This document shows, piece after piece, positions 36,576 through 46,567 of a stretch of 64,000 nucleotides of DNA. The first letter of the stretch is position 1. Each line of letters starts with the position of its first letter. The stretch lies in the NCBI GenBank assembly GCA_043732185.1, contig JAYTHY010000046.1:5250-69249 (forward strand). The letters are read 5' to 3'. The translations under genes and the position numbers were made by a program. A model generated the notes under the pieces. It saw only the letters and a list, made by a program, of their open reading frames with translations. It did not search any database and was not told the origin of the DNA. The stretch comes from Fibrobacteria bacterium. Its GTDB lineage: Bacteria; Fibrobacterota; Fibrobacteria; UBA11236.

Positions 36576-37844
36576 TTAGGCCGAATTCTCCGAGATATGC
36601 AACCTAAGTAGGTTGAGGGCCGAATAACATGACCGGGATCTCACTGTACGACGATCACCCCGAAATTGAAACTTGTGTGCCAACGCTGCTTTTTGCGAGG
36701 CGACGGCAATCCACACCGTACCCACTGGTTTTTCACTGGTTCCTCCATCCGGGCCAGCAATGCCAGTTATGGCACAGGCATATTGGGCATTGGAACGGAT
36801 TAAACAGCCCTTAACCATGGCCAAAGCGCATGCCTCAGACACTGCGCCATGTGTATTCAATAGCTCCGGATCGACGCCCAGCATTTCGCTTTTGGCGGCA
36901 TTGGAATAGGTCAGGAAGCCCTTTTGGAATATTGCTGAACTTCCGGGAAGGTCCGTCAGCAAGGCCGCTAATCCGCCACCTGTACAGGATTCTGCTACCG
37001 AGACCTGGGCTCGTTCTGCGAGGAGCTGCCTTTGGACGATCTCCACAAGATCGGCACCATGCGCATCCACAACGGCCTCGCTTGGTATAGCCGCAACCAG
37101 AGCCTTCCAAATGCCATCCAACTCAACCTGTCGGTCTTCCCTCTCCTCGGTGGCAATCAAACAGCTTAGAGAAAGCTTGACCCCTTTTTCATTGGGGAGA
37201 CTCGAAAACTGAAATGGAGGATGGATATTTACGGATCCAAAGGCTTGCCGTTGACTGCCTTCCGACCAGCCGAACACCCAAAGTGACCGTTCCAGCAACT
37301 GCTGCCTAGACGGGATAGCCGGCAACAGGTGCAAAGTGGCCATGGCCTTGAGCTCGGACGGAACTCCTGGAAATGCAAAGAGGGATATCCCGCGATATGT
37401 GGTTTTAAACCCACACGCTGTGCCCGTAGGATTGCGCAGCGGTATCGTGGACTCAGGAATAGTCGCTTGGATTCTTTGTCCAGGCGGAATTTCATCCATT
37501 GTTTTCCCGAGAAATGCACCCAGCCAATTGAGCGCATCCGCACTCTCAATAACTTTCTTATTTAAAAATGCAGCCACGGCCTCCCGCGTCAAATCATCCC
37601 GTGTCGGTCCTAATCCACCGGTCAATACCAGAACCTCGACGCGAACTTGCTCCGACCTGTACTGAGTACCTCCAGTAATCCATTCCAAAGCACCGGCCAA
37701 GTTTTTGGCATGGTCGCCAACTACAATTGCAAACACAATCTCATGACCCAAAGACGCCAACAGGCGCGAAAGCTCGAACTGATTGGTATTCAGGATTTTT
37801 CCGGACAGAAGCTCATCGCCGATATTCACAATGCCGATTCTCAT
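36576..37844 (-). CDS. cinA: competence/damage-inducible protein CinA (MoCF-binding N-domain + CinA C-domain)
   Basis: [22 protein letters not shown]...[18 protein letters not shown]. Classic cinA-recA order. Confidence 0.9.
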   Translation of the reverse strand: MRIGIVNIGDELLSGKILNTNQFELSRLLASLGHEIVFAIVVGDHAKNLAGALEWITGGTQYRSEQVRVEVLVLTGGLGPTRDDLTREAVAAFLNKKVIESADALNWLGAFLGKTMDEIPPGQRIQATIPESTIPLRNPTGTACGFKTTYRGISLFAFPGVPSELKAMATLHLLPAIPSRQQLLERSLWVFGWSEGSQRQAFGSVNIHPPFQFSSLPNEKGVKLSLSCLIATEEREDRQVELDGIWKALVAAIPSEAVVDAHGADLVEIVQRQLLAERAQVSVAESCTGGGLAALLTDLPGSSAIFQKGFLTYSNAAKSEMLGVDPELLNTHGAVSEACALAMVKGCLIRSNAQYACAITGIAGPDGGTSEKPVGTVWIAVASQKAALAHKFQFRGDRRTVRSRSCYSALNLLRLHISENSA

Positions 37845-37949
37845 ATTTGAAATATACCACCTACATGAGGACAGTAAATGTCACCTTTGAGAATCCCGTA
37901 CGATCCTGTTGCGAGCACTTCTTGTTACTTTTCCTTACGGTATCCACAC

Positions 37950-38912
37950 ATGGCAAAAACCTTCCACTTCCCTCTGTTCGCTTGGATCGCGCTTCTTCTT
38001 TGCCCGATAAGTACTTACAGTCAAGGCCATAGCGGAATCCCGGAAATCGACACGCTTCCCCTTTATGATTGGAGCGTCGGGACCCGGCAGCTATCCTATA
38101 CCAAGGCCTTGACACTTTCAGCCTTATTGCCTGGCGGCGGACAAATATATGGCCAACATCCCGTACGAGGCGGCTTTCTTATCGGTTTGGAGACGATGTT
38201 GGTAGGCCTGGCCACGTATTCGAATCTCGTGGACATTCCAGCCTGGCGGGACGAAGCACGTAAGGCCCTGGACTCGGCCGATGTGCTTTTTGGAATGGAA
38301 GGCCGCCTAACCGTGGACAGTATTGCCCCACTGGAAAAGCGACGTTTGGATAAAGTGGCGTTTGCTCGGCAGCGCAGCCAATTGGCATCGCAGCAACAAG
38401 ATTTGACCCGGTCCCAATTCGCCTGGGCCGCAGGACTGCATGTTTATGGAATGCTCGATGCCGTTGAAATCACCTACTTGAGTAAACATCGCGATAATAA
38501 AACCCGATCCATTTCCTCCGCGCTCTATCGGGGCATGCTGTTTCCAGGCGGCGGGCAATTGTACAATCGACGCTATGGCAAATTTGGATTGTTATGGATG
38601 ACGCTAGGCGCCAGTGCGGTATCAGCCTATTCACGACAAGAAATGGTTTCACTTTTAAACCATCGACTTAGCACCGCGCGCCTCGAAACCGGAGTAGGGA
38701 GATCCTTGCAAGTGACGGAATTGGAAAAAGACAGAACCCTATACCGGAAGCGTCGCAATCAATATTTCTGGGGTATGTCTTTATTTTACGTATATGCCAT
38801 TTTGGACGGAATGGTGGATGCGGCGCTATCGGACTTTGATGCCCCTCAGCATTTTGCCCTTAGCCTGACACCTTCAGGCGCAGTCGGCGGTCAACTGTCC
38901 TTGCCCTTCTAA
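37950..38912 (+). CDS. hypothetical membrane protein with internal duplicated PGGGQ(I/L)Y motif (DUF5683-like)
   Basis: Signal/lipobox-like MAKTFHFPLFAWIALLLC. Repeats LLPGGGQIYGQHP and LFPGGGQLYNRRYGKFGLLWMTLGASAV. The ORF track's start at 37878 lacks a signal peptide. Confidence 0.5.
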   Translation: MAKTFHFPLFAWIALLLCPISTYSQGHSGIPEIDTLPLYDWSVGTRQLSYTKALTLSALLPGGGQIYGQHPVRGGFLIGLETMLVGLATYSNLVDIPAWRDEARKALDSADVLFGMEGRLTVDSIAPLEKRRLDKVAFARQRSQLASQQQDLTRSQFAWAAGLHVYGMLDAVEITYLSKHRDNKTRSISSALYRGMLFPGGGQLYNRRYGKFGLLWMTLGASAVSAYSRQEMVSLLNHRLSTARLETGVGRSLQVTELEKDRTLYRKRRNQYFWGMSLFYVYAILDGMVDAALSDFDAPQHFALSLTPSGAVGGQLSLPF

Positions 38913-38933
38913 AGTCCCTGCCCTTCTAAACTG

Positions 38934-39368
38934 CTAACCGAAACCTGATTGGCTTGGGTGGCGGTCCAGAAAGGCCTGCCATTGCTGGTTTAGGTAAGCC
39001 AAGGCTTGTGATTCCGATTCTGCATTTTCCAAATACTCTTCCAGGCATTCCACCACTGTAGGGGGTTCGATATGTTTGATCCACATGTTCAATCGGAAGT
39101 CGAAATAAATATTGCGATGATCAAAAGGAAAATCTGCCGGAACCCGCTCCGCCAATTGTATCATCTGCTCCGCTGAAAACCCTAATTCAGCTAAGGGAAG
39201 CAAAAAAAATGGAAGTTCACTTTTGTGATCCGGCTCCCTATTCGCGGTCGTAACGGAACCGGACATTTTGGACAGTGCGGATTCCAGAGCCTGGACCTGT
39301 GCAAGCGCCAATCGACCTAGCCTGGCTTCCAGATCATGATCCTTAAGCCTAAAAATACTTTGACCCAT
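38934..39368 (-). CDS. hypothetical acidic cytoplasmic protein downstream of giant lipoprotein gene
   Basis: ORF only. No motifs. Confidence 0.35.
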   Translation of the reverse strand: MGQSIFRLKDHDLEARLGRLALAQVQALESALSKMSGSVTTANREPDHKSELPFFLLPLAELGFSAEQMIQLAERVPADFPFDHRNIYFDFRLNMWIKHIEPPTVVECLEEYLENAESESQALAYLNQQWQAFLDRHPSQSGFG

Positions 39369-39526
39369 TTAGATCCTCCAACAATTCCAGAATAACATTT
39401 CTTACAAGACTTAAGCCAGAAACGAACGAGGCGTAGTGATTTTATATGCGCGGGCATGAAAATTCTGGCCAATAAAAAAGCCCCGGGCTGTGCAGGCCCA
39501 GGGCAGAAAATTCGAAAATATTTCGT

Positions 39527-42500
39527 TTACAAACCTGCGACGGGCCCCTTTTCAATAACAACGATATCATTATTGGGCGTTAGCATCGGCAACGTTGGAT
39601 CCATCTTATCACCCAAGAAGACATAAGTCTTTGTGGGGACAGCAGCATCCCTGACTGTTGCAATAATACCATCGGTCATGACTGTCGAAGCATCTACCTT
39701 GGCGTCTAGCAATCCGGTCGGAGTCATGACTTTGACCATATTTGCTTTGAAAGCCAACGCTGGGGCAATTTTATCGATAGAACCTTTATAAGGCTGGGGC
39801 TTGGTGCTGTCCGGAGGGACAGGACCACAAACTGCCTTGGTCGGGTCGCAGACTGGCGCAGGACCACAAACTGCCTTGGTCGGGTCGCAGACTGGCGCAG
39901 GACCACAGGGACCCTTGGTTGGGTCACACACTGGGGCGGGACCACAAGGACCCTTGGTTGGGTCACACACTGGGGCGGGACCACAAGGACCCTTGGTCGG
40001 GTCACAAACGGGTGCTGGGCAGGATTGCACCAACGGATCGCACACGGGTGCAGGACCGCACGGGCCCTTGGTCGGGTCGCACACTGGGGCAGGGCAAGTT
40101 CCCTTAGTGGGGTCACAGACCGGAGCCGGTCCGCATGGGCCTTTAGCCGGGTCGCAAACCGGGAGCGGGCCGATATTGGATGGGCAGGACATGGAAGTGA
40201 AATACTCCGCACTCATCAGACGCATCTCCACCACGAAAACGCTGTAGCGAATATCGCCGTAGGAATCACGTGCTTTGTCGATGCGCTGAGGCATGCCAGG
40301 CGTAAACTGATCTTCCATGAGTACGAAAATGGTACCCTTCACCATAGGCAAGGACAGGGAGTCCGATTGATGAATAAATTTGCTCGAATCGGAACCATCC
40401 CGCGGAGCCAATGTTACCGGGGTCAAGACCACCTGTCCGCATAATCCCATTTTGGCGTTTTGAACATTAATGGAGTCATACTTCACCCTATAAATGCGCC
40501 CGGCGAGCGATACATAGAAGTAATCATCCGCCTTGACCATTGCCTTTTCCAGGTAAACCTTAAAGGAAGTTGTTCCTCCCATGAAAGGTTTAGAAAAAGA
40601 AGTGCCAGGGTTGGGGTTTGGATTGGTGATACATCCCTTAGCCGGATCGCAAACTGGTGCGGGGCCACACGGTCCCTTGGTCGGATCGCAAACTGGCGTG
40701 GGATTGCATGGGCCTTTAAGGGGATCGCAAGGTGTCGGATTGGTACCGGGCTGCATGACGAATCCAGCGCCGGTCTTGTCCTGTGCAATCCATCCCTTCA
40801 TGACGCCCGTTATGCCGTCAGGGCTTGGTGTCATTTCAGCCTTGAGAGCCTTAGCATTGATCTGTCCCGGATAGCTCTTATGGATGCCGGCGGAATCAGA
40901 TTCCTGGAAGAAATGGCCATCCACGATCCAGCTATCTTTACCGTCATACAGAATCTTGCCGCCAACTTCCGAACGTTTGAAGCTGGTACCCACAGTAACC
41001 CGTTTTTCCCCCTGGAATTCAAAGCTGCCGTCCGGTTGGCTGCGGAACATGAGATTATCGACCACGGCCAACGTATCGCCGAAATCATCAACCAAGGTCA
41101 CGGTGCCTTTGGTAAAGGTGATCAAAGAACCTTCCTTGACACCAGAAGGAGGCAATCGATAACTGATCGTCATTGGTTGAGGATTATTGATAGGATTGAT
41201 AATCCCTCCGGTTACAGATCCACCGCCAGTTCCGGGAAGGAACCGGGTCACATCTTCACCACGACCGCTGGCAGCGAATTGACCAACGTAGGGACCACTG
41301 CCGAAGTTGGTGGAGGTTTTTGGAACAGCAGTAATCATGTCCACAGGACCCATCATGAGAGATTGATTAGGGTCATAATGTCCACGCAATAGCAAGGCGC
41401 GGCCGGCATCGGGACCGGTTTTGGATAAGGTGACGGGTACGCGCACTTCACCTGACATTTCATCAAAGAGTGTTCGGACGGTATCTGCTAGTGTATCCAT
41501 TCCAATAACTGCAGAATAAGTCACCCACATCAGTTTGAGTGTGTCGGTATATAGTTTGAAAGAAATGCTGTTGAGGTTGGGTCCCATCTGGAACTTACCT
41601 GCGAACACTCCCACCGGTGCGGATGCGCGGGCGCGCGTGCCGGGGTTGCTCTTGGCATCCATCGGATTGAATCCTGACATCATTTCGATTTCATCGGGGA
41701 ATCCATCGGAATCAGAATCCACCCAAATAATTCCCAGCCCAACCAGCTTAGTGATTTCTCCCTTTACACCAACAGCATCGGCCTTTTTGAAGATTAGACT
41801 GTCGGTACCTTTAGGATCCAGCATGGCTTCCAAGAAATCAGCCAAGCCATCTCCATCCGTGTCCACGCGGAAGTCAGGAACGGAATTTCTGTCATTTGGA
41901 TTGGTTTTGTACTTGATTTCCATCTGATCCGGAACACCGTCCTGATCCATATCGCCAAAGCTGCTGCCTGTATTCATGCCTGGTTGAGCGTTAACGAATT
42001 GCTGCTGATTGTTTTGTAATTGGTTAAAGGCTACATCACCCTGTGGGAAGGTCTTACAGGCAAAGTATCCTCGTACAGTGCCGAAGTCCGACTCGCCATA
42101 GAAGCGACTGGGATTGAAACCACTGGCTAAGAATTGAACAGCGCTAGTATCCTTGATGGCGATGACCTTCCAATTATAGACGCCACCAAAACCAGTGGCC
42201 ACATCCACCACCTTGGTAATGGCATTCTCGTACATGGTACGTTCCCAACCTGGCAGTTTGAGGTCTTGGGCACGACGGAGAATCATGGAAGCATTGGTAC
42301 CCTCCACGCCACCTGCAGAATTGAGCACAAAGCTCTCTGGCAGGCCGGTTTTATTGGACGCCTTCACAAAGATCAAGGCACCGTAAGGAGGACGGCCAAA
42401 GCAGAATTTAGGATCCTCGGCCAATCCGACGATGTACCCACCTACGCTGTCGTGTTTAACGCCGTTGAATTTAAAGGTGATTTTTCCGGCAGCATCCATG

Positions 42501-44710
42501 GCGTTGTCTTTAAGAGGCGCAACCAGGTTGATGGGCTGAGCTTGAACGATTCCGAAATCCTTCGTATCCACAGCCTTGTCGTAATCCGCACGATTGGTTT
42601 GTTTGGAAGGCGAAATAATGGAAGTGACCAGCCATTTGGCGCCGTCAAAAACCAAGGTGAACTTCAAAATTTGGAAGCTGGTATCGATCAATGAACCTGC
42701 ACAAGCCTGGTGCATATCCCCGAAGTTGAGGCGGTTGTATTTCCGATAATCAATCATTTTGACAGCCAGTTTTGCAGTGTCTTTGACAATGCTTACACCC
42801 GGGTCAACATGGAATTCGGATTTGTTGTCAAGCTTAACGGCTTCCAGAACCACGGTGGAAGTTTGGCGCAACATATCGCCCATAAAGCGCATGTCTCCAC
42901 GCGCAGCGTCCATGTTGACAGGACCAAAGAACTTGGTCATGTCAGGTCCAAAACCGTATTTCTTGCCTTTGTACGTGAATCGAGGTCCGGTGGGATCCCA
43001 AGTCAAGTCAGTGGCTTTGATATCGACTTTATCTAGTGTATAGGCTCGGGGCGTTTGGCCCGGGGAGACAAACGCATCTACCCAAATCTGGTCGGCCGCG
43101 AGACCACCTTCAGCACCCACCTTCCAACGATTGATATTGGCGCCATCCTTACACGCATCCGTGGAATTGTCGAAAACGGGGCCAGGGAAGCCAGCGGACA
43201 TGGCTTGACTTTCTCCCACGTCCTTGCGAATCATATCCAAAAATTCGGTTTTGGATTTCATGGTTCCATCATCCGAGTACATACGGAAATTGGCATGGAA
43301 CGCGGCGCCAAATCGGCCCACATCACCGGCTAAATAGGCATCAAAAGCACCTTCCACGGCCAGAGCCACTTGCTTGGCCCTGCCAGTATCCGCCGATGCT
43401 GCGCCTTCAAAATCCTTGACAGTAAACGAAAAGGCCTCTTCCTTGGCTAAGGCCGAACCGGCCAAATCCATGACCGTAACAGGCAGGGTAATGGTATATG
43501 TCTTGCCAACCGCCAGGGGAAGTTTATGGATGAATACAGCTCGGGCGCCGGAGACTTCAAAATAACCGGTTACCGCTGGTTCAATTTTCGCATTTTTCAA
43601 AATGGAAAAAGCTTCTACAGGCCGGCTGAAACTCACACCAGGATTCTGGATGGGCTTGATGCTACCGGAATTTTCCGGAAACGTGGATGTTACGGCAAAG
43701 GGAACTGCTGCCAAAGATGCGCTAGCTACTGTAACAAAGGTTGCTTTGTATTCCTTATCCAATGGATTTTTGGCCAAATCTTTCATGTTGACTGGAATGA
43801 TCAATCCGTATTGAACACCCGTTGCCAAAGTAGGCAGGGTCAAAGTCAGTTCTTTGCTATCCCCGCTCCAGCTCATGGCAACATCTTTGACGGTGTCGGC
43901 CAATACCATGGATGTCGACGTATTACTGGTATCAATTTTACCTATGATCACTCGCTTGGAGCTGGTAGAGTCTCGGCTCATGGGCTCGGAGAAGGTGATG
44001 TTGAGTTTGGCACCTTTATCGGCGACAGAGCCAACCAGGAAGATTCCGTCGGCATTGGCAGTAGTCGCATCATACACTCCGGATACCGAAGGCGCAGTCA
44101 CGTCTTCAATGGCAATGGCCGTATCCATTTTAAGGGCCGTGTCAGCCATGGGATTCATATTTGGAATGGAGGTCGTTACCAGTTGAAAGGTTTCCAAATC
44201 CAAATACACGGCAAAGCCGAAATACTTTCCCGCTGGAAGAACTGCCACATACGAACCGGTCGAGTCCGTGGTGAGTTTGGCATCCGGCAGGGTGGTTGGC
44301 TTCAAGGAATTGAAAACCAAAATGGTTGCGCCCGTAAGTGGGATTTCCGTCTTGGTGAGCAGCCGGCGCTCGCCGGCAGCATTACTGGCTTGCTTCAGCA
44401 AACCAGAAGCGATGGACTTGCTTTCACCAGTCAGAAAACCGGTGACCACGCCCAGGCCCTTGCCCTTATTGGCCTTGACGAGTGAATCTAGAGCCGTAGC
44501 CACAGCCTTGACTTCCGGTTTGTTGGGATCCGTGGGCACCACAATCTTTGCCTTACCACCTTTGGCCGAACAGCCAAAGAATGCCATGGACAAAGCGCAT
44601 AGCGCCATGACCAGGGTAATTTTGTTGAATCGGAATCCATTTAAATCGATTCCAGCCCTTGTAAACATTGCCTTTAAGTGATTTGATTCGAGCATTTTCG
44701 AGTTCTCCAT
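39527..44710 (-). CDS. giant cell-surface lipoprotein (1727 aa) with tandem Cys/Pro 13-aa repeats and thrombospondin-type-3-like Asp-rich Ca-binding motifs
   Basis: Lipobox FFGCS. About 10 copies of PVCDPTKGPCGPA, plus a second cluster CDPLKGPCNPTPVCDPTKGPCGPAPVCDPAKGC. DQDGVPD / DTDGDGLADF / DSDSDGFPD motifs. Confidence 0.8.
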   Translation of the reverse strand: MENSKMLESNHLKAMFTRAGIDLNGFRFNKITLVMALCALSMAFFGCSAKGGKAKIVVPTDPNKPEVKAVATALDSLVKANKGKGLGVVTGFLTGESKSIASGLLKQASNAAGERRLLTKTEIPLTGATILVFNSLKPTTLPDAKLTTDSTGSYVAVLPAGKYFGFAVYLDLETFQLVTTSIPNMNPMADTALKMDTAIAIEDVTAPSVSGVYDATTANADGIFLVGSVADKGAKLNITFSEPMSRDSTSSKRVIIGKIDTSNTSTSMVLADTVKDVAMSWSGDSKELTLTLPTLATGVQYGLIIPVNMKDLAKNPLDKEYKATFVTVASASLAAVPFAVTSTFPENSGSIKPIQNPGVSFSRPVEAFSILKNAKIEPAVTGYFEVSGARAVFIHKLPLAVGKTYTITLPVTVMDLAGSALAKEEAFSFTVKDFEGAASADTGRAKQVALAVEGAFDAYLAGDVGRFGAAFHANFRMYSDDGTMKSKTEFLDMIRKDVGESQAMSAGFPGPVFDNSTDACKDGANINRWKVGAEGGLAADQIWVDAFVSPGQTPRAYTLDKVDIKATDLTWDPTGPRFTYKGKKYGFGPDMTKFFGPVNMDAARGDMRFMGDMLRQTSTVVLEAVKLDNKSEFHVDPGVSIVKDTAKLAVKMIDYRKYNRLNFGDMHQACAGSLIDTSFQILKFTLVFDGAKWLVTSIISPSKQTNRADYDKAVDTKDFGIVQAQPINLVAPLKDNAMDAAGKITFKFNGVKHDSVGGYIVGLAEDPKFCFGRPPYGALIFVKASNKTGLPESFVLNSAGGVEGTNASMILRRAQDLKLPGWERTMYENAITKVVDVATGFGGVYNWKVIAIKDTSAVQFLASGFNPSRFYGESDFGTVRGYFACKTFPQGDVAFNQLQNNQQQFVNAQPGMNTGSSFGDMDQDGVPDQMEIKYKTNPNDRNSVPDFRVDTDGDGLADFLEAMLDPKGTDSLIFKKADAVGVKGEITKLVGLGIIWVDSDSDGFPDEIEMMSGFNPMDAKSNPGTRARASAPVGVFAGKFQMGPNLNSISFKLYTDTLKLMWVTYSAVIGMDTLADTVRTLFDEMSGEVRVPVTLSKTGPDAGRALLLRGHYDPNQSLMMGPVDMITAVPKTSTNFGSGPYVGQFAASGRGEDVTRFLPGTGGGSVTGGIINPINNPQPMTISYRLPPSGVKEGSLITFTKGTVTLVDDFGDTLAVVDNLMFRSQPDGSFEFQGEKRVTVGTSFKRSEVGGKILYDGKDSWIVDGHFFQESDSAGIHKSYPGQINAKALKAEMTPSPDGITGVMKGWIAQDKTGAGFVMQPGTNPTPCDPLKGPCNPTPVCDPTKGPCGPAPVCDPAKGCITNPNPNPGTSFSKPFMGGTTSFKVYLEKAMVKADDYFYVSLAGRIYRVKYDSINVQNAKMGLCGQVVLTPVTLAPRDGSDSSKFIHQSDSLSLPMVKGTIFVLMEDQFTPGMPQRIDKARDSYGDIRYSVFVVEMRLMSAEYFTSMSCPSNIGPLPVCDPAKGPCGPAPVCDPTKGTCPAPVCDPTKGPCGPAPVCDPLVQSCPAPVCDPTKGPCGPAPVCDPTKGPCGPAPVCDPTKGPCGPAPVCDPTKAVCGPAPVCDPTKAVCGPVPPDSTKPQPYKGSIDKIAPALAFKANMVKVMTPTGLLDAKVDASTVMTDGIIATVRDAAVPTKTYVFLGDKMDPTLPMLTPNNDIVVIEKGPVAGL
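39820..40195. repeat. in-frame tandem 39-bp repeat array (~10 units) encoding the PVCDPTKGPCGPA repeats
   Basis: Adjacent units are pairwise identical (e.g. gtcgggtcgcagactggcgcaggaccacaaactgccttg x2). This generates the shadow ORFs 39801..40247 and 39724..40212. Confidence 0.8.
40616..40750. repeat. second, shorter cluster of the same 39-bp repeat family inside the giant gene
   Basis: ccggatcgcaaactggtgcggggccacacggtcccttggtcggatcgcaaactggcgtggg... Confidence 0.5.
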
Positions 44711-45034
44711 TTAGTTGTTCCTTGACCTAGGAATCCCTAATAGCCAAATCGATTTTAGAGGGTGGTAAAAGAATCGGCAAGAATATTTCCGATTCCTTGG
44801 CGTGCCAAAGGACATACTGGCCTAGCGCAGGAAGCTATGTCGGAGTGGAATCGCAAATTACTGTTTTTACTCTTGACATCGAAAAAGCTCAAGCCCTGCA
44901 TGGACTTATATCAACTGCGGGTGGGCTTTAACGCGGTCTGGTCATTATTGCTAATTTCGATCTTGCACTTTTTTGAGACTGTCTCAGAAAAAATTGCACA
45001 CATTCATAAGTACACGGGGAAGCGGGAAAATTAG

Positions 45035-45916
45035 ATGACAGTTCAAAGTATGACCGGGTTTGGCAAAGCCGAAATCGTGGGTGAGGGCTACACGGCTACT
45101 GTAGAGCTGAAATCCGTCAACAATCGTTTTTTGGAATTCCAGGTCCGCACGTCCAAAAATATTCTTGCACTCGAATCCAAATTGAAACAGGATTTGGGAA
45201 AACACATCTCACGGGGCAGCATTTCCTGTCATATCCAATATGACAGTGTTGGTCCAGGTAGCGCCGGAGTTGCGCTCAATGAATCGGTGTTCAGCGCCTA
45301 TGCCCTGCTGATTAAAACAGCACAAAGCAGATTGGGCCCAACGGCCGTTGTTAACATTTCCGACCTGTTGAAACTCCCGGACATCATCAGCGCTTCAGAA
45401 ACGGCGGAACCTTTAGCCTTGATCTCTGAACGTATTTTTCCCGTATTCAAAAAGGCCTGCTTGGATTTGGTCGCCATGCGAGAAAAGGAAGGCCAAGTGC
45501 TTGCGGAAGATATGCGAACGCGCATCAACGCCTTTTTCCCCGGGCTTGATACGGTGAAAAGCCTGGTCCCGCAGCGCCAGAAAGAACATGTAGCCAAACT
45601 CCGCGCCCGCGTGCAAGACCTGATCGGCGGTGCGACCCTTTCCGAGGATAGGATGATTACGGAAATTGGTCTCATGGCGGAACGCCTTGACGTTACGGAG
45701 GAAATCGTCCGATTGGAAGCCCATTTACATCATTTCCTGGATACCTTGACCAGCCATAAAGGACCGGGCAAACGATTGGGCTTTTTGTTGCAGGAAATGT
45801 TACGCGAGGTAAATACCATGGGAACCAAAAGTCAATTTTCCGATATGCAGCACCTGTGCGTTTCTTGGAAAGAAGAATTGGAAATTATCCGGGAACAAAT
45901 TCAGAATATCGAATAA
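45035..45916 (+). CDS. yicC: YicC/YloC-family stress-induced protein
   Basis: MTVQSMTGFGKAEIVGEGYTATVELKSVNNRFLEFQVR is the YicC N-terminal signature. DUF1732-like C-terminus. Confidence 0.85.
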   Translation: MTVQSMTGFGKAEIVGEGYTATVELKSVNNRFLEFQVRTSKNILALESKLKQDLGKHISRGSISCHIQYDSVGPGSAGVALNESVFSAYALLIKTAQSRLGPTAVVNISDLLKLPDIISASETAEPLALISERIFPVFKKACLDLVAMREKEGQVLAEDMRTRINAFFPGLDTVKSLVPQRQKEHVAKLRARVQDLIGGATLSEDRMITEIGLMAERLDVTEEIVRLEAHLHHFLDTLTSHKGPGKRLGFLLQEMLREVNTMGTKSQFSDMQHLCVSWKEELEIIREQIQNIE

Positions 45917-45959
45917 CCCCAGCCGCTGCGACTGGACAACCCAGCAGCCGTGACGGGAA

Positions 45960-46331
45960 TTAAACGCTGGGAACGATGCTGGTTTTAATGTCCAGCGTCG
46001 TTCCGTATTCCGATTTGAGTTGCCGGTGCACTTCTTCCAATGAAAGCGGTGTGGTAATCAAATCGATTTCCAACTCTTCGGCACGCTTAATTTCCTTGGG
46101 CTTGGGCAGGTGACCATTGGAAAAAACGATGGCGGTGATATCCACTTCCTCTGCAACTTCCATCAAACGAATATGGACCAAGTTTGTGACGAGCATTATA
46201 TTGGTCAGATCATCGGTAAGTTCATTCAGTGCTGAACCGACATAAACCAAATCCACGGAATCGTGAATCAATTCTGCATTTACCAAGGTTCCCTTTATTG
46301 TGTCGATCATGGACCGCAAATCCGCTTGCAT
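45960..46331 (-). CDS. DRTGG-domain protein
   Basis: 123-aa stand-alone domain. It resembles the DRTGG domain found C-terminal to phosphotransacetylase-like proteins. Moderate confidence. Confidence 0.5.
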   Translation of the reverse strand: MQADLRSMIDTIKGTLVNAELIHDSVDLVYVGSALNELTDDLTNIMLVTNLVHIRLMEVAEEVDITAIVFSNGHLPKPKEIKRAEELEIDLITTPLSLEEVHRQLKSEYGTTLDIKTSIVPSV

Positions 46332-46567
46332 ATCGTTCAGCCTCTGCCTTTTCCTAAAATTTAAATCTCAACCCCAAAAACTAATTACACACTGTGCCTT
46401 CCGCATTCCTTTGTTGCAGGAAATTCTTAAGAACCCATAAAAAAAGCGGGTTAACTGGGATTTGCCCCGCTGCCAAATTTCGGTTACATTTCCAATTCCA
46501 TCCTTATAAACCAGCCCCTGGCTTAGGATTAGAGGATATCACGACATTTGGAATCGGGGTGCTATAG

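Noticed and set aside
39820-40195. Possible CRISPR array (regular 39-bp repeats)
   Set aside because: Units are contiguous with no spacers, lie in frame inside a coding sequence, and encode the peptide repeat. There are no cas genes.
39724-41392. Long plus-strand ORFs inside the giant minus-strand gene (39801..40247, 40025..40444, 40460..41392, 40581..40874)
   Set aside because: Shadow ORFs created by the in-frame 39-bp tandem repeats and the GC-rich codon composition of the real minus-strand gene. Their translations are low-complexity (GAGPQGPLVGSHT...).
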